NCBI GenBank assembly: GCA_964531615.1 | Contig: CAZHEJ010000001.1 | Coordinates: 1-47,572, forward strand | Reading direction: 5' to 3' | Length of the DNA: 47,572 nt | DNA from: an uncultured Gammaproteobacteria bacterium | GTDB lineage: Bacteria > Patescibacteriota > Patescibacteriia > Magasanikbacterales > UBA922 | Shown: positions 7,181 to 15,058 of the stretch, one piece after another | Layout of the letters: every line of letters starts with the position of its first letter | How positions within the stretch are numbered: position 1 is the stretch's first letter | Notes under the pieces: model-generated | Told to the model about the DNA's origin: nothing | Seen by the model: the letters and a program-made list of their open reading frames with translations, nothing else | Databases searched by the model: none | Program-made: the position numbers and the translations under genes

Positions 7181-8272
7181 ATGAAATCATCCGGCTACAA
7201 AATCTATTCCACCTCGCATGAAGCCTGGGACGCGATGTATCAGGCGATTTTAGGGGCGAAAAAGTCAATTTACTGGGAATTATATATTTTTGTTGATGAC
7301 GAGGCAGGACAGCCTTTTTTTGACATTCTTGAACAAAAAGCAAAAGCAGGAGTTGATGTGAAAATTGTTGTTGACGCGTTCGGCAGTTTCTGGCTCCCCA
7401 AAGAGCGTGTAAACAGTATGCGCAAAGCCGGCGCGGAAATTTTATTTTTCAATGAAAGAAAAAAAAGATACCGCGGATTGTGGAAAATGCTATTGGCGAG
7501 AACGCACCGCAAAATGTTGATTATTGATGAGAACATTGGTTTTATCGGCGGCGTCAACATCCGAAAAGAAATGAAAGAATGGCTTGATATTCAGGTGAGG
7601 ATTGAGGGGAAGATAGTCAATTCATTACTGCGCTCTTTTGCTAAATCATACATTATTTGCGGAGGAGACAAACAAAGAGTGCGTCATTTATTGAAATACA
7701 AATTCCGCTTAATGCATGACAAGACAGAGTTTGTTTTTGACGAACCGTACGGAAATCGGTCCACGGCGCGCGCGAAATACACAGAAGCATTGTTGAAAGC
7801 AAGGGAGCGCGTGATACTTTTTTCACCTTATTATTTTCCAGACAGAAAATTTTTGTATGCTTTATGGCAGGCGAAAAAAAGAGGTGTGAGGGTTGACCTT
7901 TTGATTCCTCTTCGTTCTGACGTGCGTTTTATGCAATATGCCAGCTACGCGTGGTTTTCCTTTTTGAAAAAAATCGGTGTTGACATTCATCTTACTGAAA
8001 AAATGATGCACGGCAAAGGAGTGATTATGGATGATGATTGGGCAATGGTCGGGAGTTCAAATATTGAAAAGACAGGATTTTATAATAATTACGAGGCAAA
8101 TATTAAAATTAGTGACCGCGCGTTTGTGAAAGAAATAAAAGACAGGATTTTATTATGGATAGAGCAGTCAAAGGAATTTGATCCGAAAAAATGGGCCAGG
8201 CGCGGAATCTGGCACAGGATGAATGAATGGCTGGCAATGAAATTATATAAATTGTGGCATGGGGAAAAGTGA
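7181..8272 (+). CDS. Phospholipase D / cardiolipin-synthase family protein
   Basis: Two HKD motifs are present: HRKMLIID...GGVN and HGKGVIMDD...GSSN. Confidence 0.8.
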   Translation: MKSSGYKIYSTSHEAWDAMYQAILGAKKSIYWELYIFVDDEAGQPFFDILEQKAKAGVDVKIVVDAFGSFWLPKERVNSMRKAGAEILFFNERKKRYRGLWKMLLARTHRKMLIIDENIGFIGGVNIRKEMKEWLDIQVRIEGKIVNSLLRSFAKSYIICGGDKQRVRHLLKYKFRLMHDKTEFVFDEPYGNRSTARAKYTEALLKARERVILFSPYYFPDRKFLYALWQAKKRGVRVDLLIPLRSDVRFMQYASYAWFSFLKKIGVDIHLTEKMMHGKGVIMDDDWAMVGSSNIEKTGFYNNYEANIKISDRAFVKEIKDRILLWIEQSKEFDPKKWARRGIWHRMNEWLAMKLYKLWHGEK

Positions 8273-8278
8273 TAAATT

Positions 8279-8830
8279 ATGTCCAAGTTTTTGTTGCACA
8301 CCTGCTGTGGACCGTGCAGCGTTGCAATAATTGATGAATTGCGTAGGGGCGAATCGCGATTCGCCCCTACCGTATTTTTTTATAATTCCAACATTCATCC
8401 GCGGGAAGAATATGAACGGCGCCGGGAGGCGGTGATGCATATCTGTCAGGCGATGAGCATCCCGTTTGTTGAAGGAGAATATGAAACAGAAAAATGGCTT
8501 GAGCTTGCACAAGATTTTAAAGACGAGCCAGAAGGCGGACAGCGCTGTTTGGTTTGTTTTAAGATGCGTTTAGAAAAAACAGCTGAATATGCCAGCCAGA
8601 ATGGCTTTGCATATTTTGGCACAACCTTGACCAGCGGCAGAAACAAAAAAGCGGAAATAATTAATCCGCTGGGTGTTAAAATAGGGGAGAAATACGGAGT
8701 CAAGTTTTATGAGGAAGATTGGAAGAAAAAAGGGAGGCAGGAGAGAAGCAGGGAATTATGTCGAGAGAAGGATATTTATAGGCAGAGTTATTGCGGGTGC
8801 AAGTATTCAATGAGAGATATTAGATATTAA
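8279..8830 (+). CDS. queH: Epoxyqueuosine reductase QueH (DUF208)
   Basis: N-terminal LLHTCCGPCS, FFYNSNIHPREEY and a C-terminal YCGC motif. Confidence 0.8.
   Translation: MSKFLLHTCCGPCSVAIIDELRRGESRFAPTVFFYNSNIHPREEYERRREAVMHICQAMSIPFVEGEYETEKWLELAQDFKDEPEGGQRCLVCFKMRLEKTAEYASQNGFAYFGTTLTSGRNKKAEIINPLGVKIGEKYGVKFYEEDWKKKGRQERSRELCREKDIYRQSYCGCKYSMRDIRY
8343..8370. repeat. Perfect 28-nt palindrome in-frame in queH (RGESRFAPT)
   Basis: gtaggggcgaatcg|cgattcgcccctac. Confidence 0.92.
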
Positions 8831-9252
8831 ATATTTATACTTCTTTCTTTTTTTGATTTATGCGTGATTTTTATAGAAATCATTTTTTTATTTTTTAGCA
8901 ATTTATGAAGTTTCTCCGGCCATTCAATCACACAGACAGTATCCGGCGCGCCAAGATAATCTTCAGCGCCGATTTCTATTAGTTCTCTTTCATCTTTTAA
9001 TCTGTAAGTATCTATATGTATAAGTGTTTTTATGTTTTTATGTTTTAATGTTTTAATGTTGTAGATGTTCATTAGAGTAAAAGTAGGGCTGGTAATTTCT
9101 TTCTTAATACCAAAATACTTCGCAATACCCTTTACTAAAGTTGTCTTGCCTGCGCCAAGTTCTCCATAAAGCAACACAACATCTCCGCCTTTTAATTTAG
9201 CGGAAATTTTTTTGCCCAAAGTGATTGTTTGTTGTTTTGAGCGGGTAATCAC
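8827..9252 (-). CDS. tsaE: tRNA t6A37 biosynthesis ATPase TsaE
   Basis: Walker A LYGELGAGKTTLVKGIA, plus SPTFTL and HIDTYRL motifs. It is ATGA-coupled to glyA. Confidence 0.85.
   Translation of the reverse strand: MITRSKQQTITLGKKISAKLKGGDVVLLYGELGAGKTTLVKGIAKYFGIKKEITSPTFTLMNIYNIKTLKHKNIKTLIHIDTYRLKDERELIEIGAEDYLGAPDTVCVIEWPEKLHKLLKNKKMISIKITHKSKKERSINI
9024..9066 (-). repeat. Octamer tandem repeat in-frame in tsaE (NIKTLKHKNIKTLIH)
   Basis: Plus strand reads gtgttttt atgttttt atgtttta atgtttta atgttgtag. Confidence 0.85.
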
Positions 9253-10538
9253 ATTAACTCCGGATACAGAGGAAATTTTTTCGTTAATTCCAGCACTTGT
9301 TGTTTAATTTCAGCGAGTTTATTGTCATCCTGCGGATTGCTTAATGCTTCAAAAATCCAACCGACAATCATCTCCATTTCTGCTTCTTTCATTCCTCGCG
9401 TGGTAAGAGCTGGCGTACCGAGGCGGATGCCGGACGGATCAAATGGTTTGCGCGGATCGCCGGGGAAAGTGTTTTTATTGACCGTGATACCGGCTCTGCC
9501 GAGCGCGGTTTCCGCTTGCTTGCCAGTGATATTTTTGTTGGTTAAATCAATCACCATTAAGTGATTGTCCGTGCCGCCGGTGACGAGTTTAAAATCGAGC
9601 AATAAGAGTTTTTCTGCCAATGTCTTGGCATTTTTGACAATCTGCGTTGCATATTCTTTAAATTCCGGCTCCAAGGCCTGCTTTAAAGCCACGGCAATGG
9701 CCGCGGTCTGATGGTTGTGTGGCCCGCCCTGCAGACCTGGGATTATGGCGCGGTCAATCAAAGTCGGCAGATTTTCTTTGGCCCGCTCTGCTTTTTGCAA
9801 AGGATTGGAAGGATTGCCATTGCATAAAATTATCGCGCCTCTGGGACCGCGCAATGTTTTGTGCGTGGTCGTTGTGACCACATCTGCAATGCCTACTGGA
9901 TTAGGGTGGGCGCCGCCGGCAACCAATCCAGCCACATGGCTCATGTCAGCTATCAACCAGGCGCCGACTTCATCGGCAATTTCTTTGTATTTATCCCATT
10001 CATATGTCCGGGGATAAGCAGTGAAGCCGGTAATAATCAGTTTTGGCTTGTGCTCGCGGGCCAACCTGCGCATGTTATCCAAATCAATGTATCCATCATC
10101 TCTGCATGTGTAATTGACAGCATTGTAAAAAATGCCGGAAAAATTGACTTTCAGTCCGTGCGTCATATGCCCGCCGTGGTACAGACTCATGCCCATTAAA
10201 GTGTCGCCCGGGTCCAATAAAGCAAAATAGACAGCAAAATTGGCGGGCGAGCCGGAGAGCGGCTGGACATTGGCGTGGCTGGCGCCAAAAAGTTTTTTTG
10301 CGCGCTCGCGGGCCAGATTTTCCACTGCGTCAACATTTTCGCATCCGCCATAATAGCGCATCCCGGGATAGCCCTCGGAGTATTTATCAGTCAGGCGCGA
10401 TCCCAGCGCTTCCAAAACCGCCGGAGAAGTGTGATTTTCGCTCGGTATCATTTCTAGTCCCTCACTTTGGCGTTGAATTTCTTTTTGTATTGCTTGATAG
10501 ATTTCTGGATCAAAATCTGCTAATCTTTTATTTTTCAT
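9249..10538 (-). CDS. glyA: Serine hydroxymethyltransferase
   Basis: 429 aa with SENHTSPAVLEA, YPGMRYYGGCE and the TTTTHKTLRGPRG PLP-lysine motif. Confidence 0.97.
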   Translation of the reverse strand: MKNKRLADFDPEIYQAIQKEIQRQSEGLEMIPSENHTSPAVLEALGSRLTDKYSEGYPGMRYYGGCENVDAVENLARERAKKLFGASHANVQPLSGSPANFAVYFALLDPGDTLMGMSLYHGGHMTHGLKVNFSGIFYNAVNYTCRDDGYIDLDNMRRLAREHKPKLIITGFTAYPRTYEWDKYKEIADEVGAWLIADMSHVAGLVAGGAHPNPVGIADVVTTTTHKTLRGPRGAIILCNGNPSNPLQKAERAKENLPTLIDRAIIPGLQGGPHNHQTAAIAVALKQALEPEFKEYATQIVKNAKTLAEKLLLLDFKLVTGGTDNHLMVIDLTNKNITGKQAETALGRAGITVNKNTFPGDPRKPFDPSGIRLGTPALTTRGMKEAEMEMIVGWIFEALSNPQDDNKLAEIKQQVLELTKKFPLYPELM

Positions 10539-10572
10539 AGAAATAAGTTTATTAGGATAATTTTTTATTTTA

Positions 10573-10938
10573 CTATTCTTTTTCCACTACATTTTCTATA
10601 CGGCCATTTCCATGTTCATCCCATTCCAGATAGGCCTCGGGACCGCAATGTTTTTTAATTTCTTCTTCTAATTCGTCAAGCGAATGACAGAGTTTTATTT
10701 CTTTAAAATAATTATTATAACTTTTGCTGAAGCGGCTTCTAGTCGGATCATCTATTTGTTCCTGCCGCCATTTGAATACCTTCCATCTGCCGACACCGTC
10801 AGTAAGGAGTTGATAGGAAATTTTTTCTTTTTCCGCTTTTTCTCTCATGACTTTTTCAATAGCTTTGTCAAGTCTTTTATCTAGTTCATCTTCAGTTTCT
10901 TTTTCTGTGAATTTGGGAAATTTGTTCTCATTTATCAT
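10573..10938 (-). CDS. Hypothetical charged protein
   Basis: 121-aa ORF in the same-strand operon, with no recognisable motif. Confidence 0.5.
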   Translation of the reverse strand: MINENKFPKFTEKETEDELDKRLDKAIEKVMREKAEKEKISYQLLTDGVGRWKVFKWRQEQIDDPTRSRFSKSYNNYFKEIKLCHSLDELEEEIKKHCGPEAYLEWDEHGNGRIENVVEKE

Positions 10939-10968
10939 ATATTTAAAATTTACAGATATAAACAGATT

Positions 10969-11355
10969 TTACAACATATTTTTATATTCCTCAATAATTT
11001 GATAGATATTAGGGGAACAATCGTCAGGCAGATTATTAATGTCAAACCAGCCCCACTCCACGATATTCTTTCCCGGTTTAATTTCACCTATTCTTTTTGC
11101 CAGAAAATGGTGTAACAAGCATTTCTTTTCTTTTCGTTTTGTTTTGATCGTGTTTAGAGGCTTAATAATTTCAACGTCAATTCCCATCTCTTCTCTTGCC
11201 TCGCGGCGGCATGCGTCTTCCAAAGAGGTATCAAAATTTTCAACCGCGCCACCGGGGAAAAACCAGGGGGTTATTCCATAGTCCTTTTTCTCCTTATTCA
11301 AAAGCACTTTTCCATTCTCAATTATCACTGGCCCGGATGCGATAATGGTTTCCAT
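10969..11355 (-). CDS. NUDIX hydrolase
   Basis: Nudix box GGAVENFDTSLEDACRREAREEMGI. Confidence 0.85.
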   Translation of the reverse strand: METIIASGPVIIENGKVLLNKEKKDYGITPWFFPGGAVENFDTSLEDACRREAREEMGIDVEIIKPLNTIKTKRKEKKCLLHHFLAKRIGEIKPGKNIVEWGWFDINNLPDDCSPNIYQIIEEYKNML

Positions 11356-11378
11356 AAGATTGAAATTTAAGTGTTTTT

Positions 11379-11407
11379 ATGATATCATAGCAGTGAATAA
11401 TAATCAA
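11379..11407 (-). promoter_or_regulatory. Sigma70-like promoter for the NUDIX-...-glyA-tsaE minus-strand operon
   Basis: The minus strand reads TTGATT-17 nt-TATCAT, about 25 nt upstream of the ATG at 11355. Confidence 0.45.
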
Positions 11408-11412
11408 CAATT

Positions 11413-11474
11413 GTCATCCCCGCGTAGGCGGGGATCCAGTTTAAATAATAGATTCCCGCTTTCGCGGGAATGAC
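11413..11474 (+). repeat. Double-hairpin element, family A, intergenic copy abutting the EamA gene start
   Basis: gtcatccccgcgtaggcggggatcc...gattcccgctttcgcgggaatgac. The ORF ATG at 11470 is inside the terminal ggaATGac. Confidence 0.92.
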
Positions 11475-12378
11475 AAAATATATGCTTTGGGTATTTCTCG
11501 CCATTTCCGCGCATTTTTTCTGGGCAGTGGAAAATGTGGCGACAAAATATATTGTCGGCAAAAGGGTGTCTAACCCCTATGTGTTTTTGATTTTGCTTAC
11601 AGTGTTAAGTGGCGGAATAGGCATATTGATATTTCCTTTTGTAAACTTTTTTGTTCCTGAATGGAAAATACTGTTTTTATTGGCGCTCGCCGGCTTTCTT
11701 TATTTTTACGCCGGCCTGCCTTACATAAAGGCAATGCAGATTGAAGAAGTGAGCAGGATAAATATCTTATGGAATCTGGTGCCGATATTCAGCCTGTTCT
11801 TCGGTTATTTTATCGGCGACAGATTGTCAGCGCTTGAAATTTTAGCTTTGGTTTTTTTGGTCAGCGGCGGGGTGACAGCGTCAATCCACAGCCGGGAAAA
11901 GGGCTTTTCTTTTTCCAAGGCCTTTTGGCTGATGATGCTTTCTTGTTTGGTCTATTCTTTTGAAAGCGTCCTTTTCCGCTATGTTGCCTTGCGCATCCCG
12001 TTTGCCATTGCTTTTGTTTGGGTAGCCTTTTTTGAAGTTTTATCAGCTTTGAGCGCGTTATTTTTATCAAAGATTCGTTTTGATTTCAAAGAAGCAATCA
12101 AGAATTGCGGCTATTCTTTATTAGGCATAACTTTAGGAATCGCGGTGATTGCGAATTTGGGGATTTTTTTAAGCCAGTGGGCATTGTCTTTAAAACCCGC
12201 GGCATTAGTTTTTTCATTTGAAGGATTTCAGGTGGTTTTTGTTTTTATAATGGCAATATTTATTACACATTTTTATCCACGCATTTTAAAAGAAGAATTT
12301 GATTGGAAGAATATTGCTTTGAAATTAACGGCAATGGTGTTAATGATAGCGGGAGTAGTGGTGTTAACGTTCTCTTGA
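11470..12378 (+). CDS. EamA/DMT-family transporter
   Basis: About 10 TM helices with a two-fold EamA-like repeat. The ATG at 11470 lies inside a repeat element, and 11482 is an alternative start. Confidence 0.72.
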   Translation: MTKYMLWVFLAISAHFFWAVENVATKYIVGKRVSNPYVFLILLTVLSGGIGILIFPFVNFFVPEWKILFLLALAGFLYFYAGLPYIKAMQIEEVSRINILWNLVPIFSLFFGYFIGDRLSALEILALVFLVSGGVTASIHSREKGFSFSKAFWLMMLSCLVYSFESVLFRYVALRIPFAIAFVWVAFFEVLSALSALFLSKIRFDFKEAIKNCGYSLLGITLGIAVIANLGIFLSQWALSLKPAALVFSFEGFQVVFVFIMAIFITHFYPRILKEEFDWKNIALKLTAMVLMIAGVVVLTFS

Positions 12379-12431
12379 CTTTGTCAATAGAAAATGTTAG
12401 GGTAAAGACAGATTCAAATTAGGAGGATAAT

Positions 12432-12932
12432 ATGTTTCGATCTTTTTATATTTATTTTTGTTTCTTGGCTTTTTTTGGCTGTGCCGGACGCCAAATAGAG
12501 CCGACTGATATTCTTTTTGAAGCTAATGCCTTTCAAAAAGCGGACTTGAACAGCGGTGATTGGAAAGCGGGGGACTTGGCCTGCTTCAAGGATTCGGCTT
12601 TTATTTATGTGGAAACTCTGGCCATTTGCAACTGCTTGGTCAGGAATAAGGAAAATGACTGGGTTTGTCAGGGCTCTTTGGAACCCAATTGCCGCCTCGC
12701 TTCCACCGATTGCTTTTGCGGTTTGTTCTCAAAGCCGAAACTGGGAATTGATAATTCAACTCTGTTGCGCAAGCTTTTACTCAAAAACTTGGCTTGCAAT
12801 CCAGACGAAGATATCACGCAATGGCGGTTAGAAATCATGGAATGCCGGCGCCAGGAAATTTTTCATTTTTGGCTGCGCCAGCCGGAAAGCGATGGCCAGT
12901 GCCAGAAAGAAAGAAAGGAGGAGAAAAAATGA
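12432..12932 (+). CDS. Cysteine-rich putative lipoprotein
   Basis: Signal peptide ending in the lipobox-like FFGC, and 12 Cys. An AGGAGG RBS lies upstream. Confidence 0.55.
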   Translation: MFRSFYIYFCFLAFFGCAGRQIEPTDILFEANAFQKADLNSGDWKAGDLACFKDSAFIYVETLAICNCLVRNKENDWVCQGSLEPNCRLASTDCFCGLFSKPKLGIDNSTLLRKLLLKNLACNPDEDITQWRLEIMECRRQEIFHFWLRQPESDGQCQKERKEEKK

Positions 12933-13258
12933 AAGAGGAAAAAATAAAATGGGTTTTGGGTAAGGTTGAATTTAAAAAAGATGAAACTATTCCCTATGCC
13001 CGCAAGGCTGACATCAACCGGATTCGTCTTTTCCGTTACGAGGAGGAAAAGGATGTTCTTTTCACTATCGATGATGTGGAATATGTGAAAGAAGCGGTCA
13101 ATGTTTTGGCAGAGCTTCCGGAAAAGGCGTACCTGCACATCACTGAATTCTATCAGCAACAAAACTACGAGCTTTTGAAAAAATCGGAAAAATGGCTTGT
13201 GAAGCAGTATAATAGAATTGTCGACTTTCCAAAGGAGATGAGAAATGAAACTGAATAA
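12929..13258 (+). CDS. Hypothetical protein, translationally coupled to the upstream lipoprotein gene
   Basis: The ATG at 12929 overlaps the upstream TGA (ATGA) and is preceded by AAGGAGGAG. The longer ORF from 12794 overlaps the lipoprotein gene. Confidence 0.5.
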   Translation: MKEEKIKWVLGKVEFKKDETIPYARKADINRIRLFRYEEEKDVLFTIDDVEYVKEAVNVLAELPEKAYLHITEFYQQQNYELLKKSEKWLVKQYNRIVDFPKEMRNETE

Positions 13259-13284
13259 AATAAGGAGAAAAGAAAAATGGGAAT

Positions 13285-13312
13285 AATGACGGTGAGACAA
13301 CTCACCGTCATT
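13285..13312. terminator. Bidirectional stem-loop terminator between convergent genes
   Basis: aatgacggtgag-acaa-ctcaccgtcatt is a 12-bp perfect stem. It overlaps the elp3 stop. Confidence 0.65.
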
Positions 13313-15056
13313 CTTTATTCAGCTCTTTAACCATATAAGTATTTTTCAACCAATAACCCAATTTTCGATAATACTCACGAACCCCCACGCCAGCAATTAC
13401 GGCGATTTTTGTATATTTATTCTTTTTGGCAATCTTCTCCGCTTCTTGCATTAATTTTTTCCCCAGCCCCTTATGTTGGCTGGCGTTTTTTTCATTTTTG
13501 CCAATATTAACCAATTTTCCGTAGGTGTGCAGTTCGCGGATGAAGGCACAATCGTGGAGTTGGGAGAGAAGAGTATAAACGCCATTGCGATTTCTAGATT
13601 CCCGCTTTCGCGGGAATGACAAACTGGGCAAGCGAAGGCGAAGAAAAGCAAACACAACTTCGCGTTTTTTGTCTTCAAATGAGAGAAAATACTCTCTCCC
13701 GTCGGTAGTTTGATATTTATCAACAAACAGTTTTGGTTTCCACCCCCTCTTAATCTCCCCCTTATTAAGGGGGAGAGAATGTCCAATCTCCCGGCAGCGC
13801 AGACACTGGCATTTCAACCCGCGTTTTTTCATTTCTTTTTTCAGCTCTTCCCGCAGGTTGGTGATTTTGTTGCCGGCAATAATATCGGTTTCAGGAATAT
13901 CGCGAATCAGGCGGGAAATCCTGCACCAGCGCGGAGTCGCGAGTTTCATTTTAATTATTGCCTCAAAAAGCTTTTTGTCTTCATATGGCCGGTATTTGCC
14001 TGACTTGTATAATTTGTACAGCGGAGAATTTTTTATTACTGTGCATGGATAAATTTTAACCATATCAGGCTTTAATCCCGGGTCAGAAAATAATTTTTTA
14101 TACATCTCCACGTCATGCTTCGGCGTTGAGCCGGGTAAATCAGGCATAAAATGCAAATCAATTTTAAATCCTGCCTGCCTTAATAATAACATTGCGTCTT
14201 TAAACTGTTGAACCGTATGTCCGCGACTGACTAATTTTAAAATTTTATCATCCGGCACTTGCAGTCCAAGCTCAATTCGCGTACAGCCCTGCTGGCGCAT
14301 GTGGTAAATTGTCTTTGGAGTGATGAAATCAGGGCGGGTTTCCAGAGTGAGGCCGATGATTCGGTGTTTGGCTTTTTCGTTTTTGCGTTGTTCTTTTTCT
14401 AATTCTTTTTGCAGTTTTTTGATTGTTTGGCGGCCAATATCCCCCCTGTACCCCCCTTTTTTAAGGGGGGAAATATTTGAAGTCGTCCCCCCCTTAGTAA
14501 AGGGGGGGGAGGAGGGTTGTTGGCGCAATTCATTACACGCTTGAAAAGAACGCAAAATAAACCAATACTGGTAGTTTAGTGGGTAGGCGTTCCAGGTTCC
14601 GCCTTTGACAATAAATTCAATTTTGTCAGTCGGGTGGCCGTTTTGCTCCAGCATTTCAATGCGCCTTCTCATCTGCTTGTAAGGGTCAAATTTTAGGCCC
14701 AAGGCGCGCGCTGCGGCTGGTTCGTTAGACAGATAACTTTTAGGCATTTTTGCTTCCTTTGGGCAATATATGCACTTTCCAGGGCATTTGTAGGGTTTTG
14801 TTAGCGAAGTTACAATTGCAATGCCGGAAAGGGTGCGGATTTGGGCTTTGCGCAGGAAATAAAGGATTTTTTCGTCTTTTTTTGCCCTTTTCTTTTTTAT
14901 CAGATTTTGATAAACTGAAAGCAGGTCATAATTCGGCGGCTGGGTCATTTTCATTTGCGCGCAGATTTTCTGCCGGGCATGGTCAAATTCGGCCTTGGTT
15001 TGGGGGCGTTTGGAAATGATTTCTAAAATTATTTTTTCCAGAATATCTATACTCAT
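13308..15056 (-). CDS. elp3: Elp3-like radical-SAM / GNAT acetyltransferase (tRNA U34 cm5-type modification enzyme)
   Basis: Radical-SAM cluster motif CPGKCIYCP and a C-terminal GNAT motif QHKGLGKKLMQEAEKIA. The ATG at 15056 is preferred over the TTG at 15071. Confidence 0.85.
   Translation of the reverse strand: MSIDILEKIILEIISKRPQTKAEFDHARQKICAQMKMTQPPNYDLLSVYQNLIKKKRAKKDEKILYFLRKAQIRTLSGIAIVTSLTKPYKCPGKCIYCPKEAKMPKSYLSNEPAAARALGLKFDPYKQMRRRIEMLEQNGHPTDKIEFIVKGGTWNAYPLNYQYWFILRSFQACNELRQQPSSPPFTKGGTTSNISPLKKGGYRGDIGRQTIKKLQKELEKEQRKNEKAKHRIIGLTLETRPDFITPKTIYHMRQQGCTRIELGLQVPDDKILKLVSRGHTVQQFKDAMLLLRQAGFKIDLHFMPDLPGSTPKHDVEMYKKLFSDPGLKPDMVKIYPCTVIKNSPLYKLYKSGKYRPYEDKKLFEAIIKMKLATPRWCRISRLIRDIPETDIIAGNKITNLREELKKEMKKRGLKCQCLRCREIGHSLPLNKGEIKRGWKPKLFVDKYQTTDGREYFLSFEDKKREVVFAFLRLRLPSLSFPRKRESRNRNGVYTLLSQLHDCAFIRELHTYGKLVNIGKNEKNASQHKGLGKKLMQEAEKIAKKNKYTKIAVIAGVGVREYYRKLGYWLKNTYMVKELNKE
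13597..13620 (-). repeat. Family A half-element in-frame in elp3 (SFPRKRESR)
   Basis: agattcccgctttcgcgggaatgac. Confidence 0.88.
13740..13777. repeat. Poly-C/poly-G palindrome in-frame in elp3 (LPLNKGEIKRGW)
   Basis: ccaccccctcttaa tctccccctta-t-taagggggaga. Confidence 0.88.
14441..14516. repeat. Tandem pair of poly-C/poly-G palindromes in-frame in elp3 (SSPPFTKGGTTSNISPLKKGGYRGD)
   Basis: cccccctgtaccccccttttttaagggggg ... cccccccttagtaaagggggggg. Confidence 0.9.
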
Positions 15057-15058
15057 AT

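Noticed and set aside
12794-12928. The N-terminal extension of ORF 12794-13258.
   Set aside because: It overlaps the lipoprotein gene in a different frame. The internal ATG at 12929, with a strong RBS and an ATGA junction, is a much better start.
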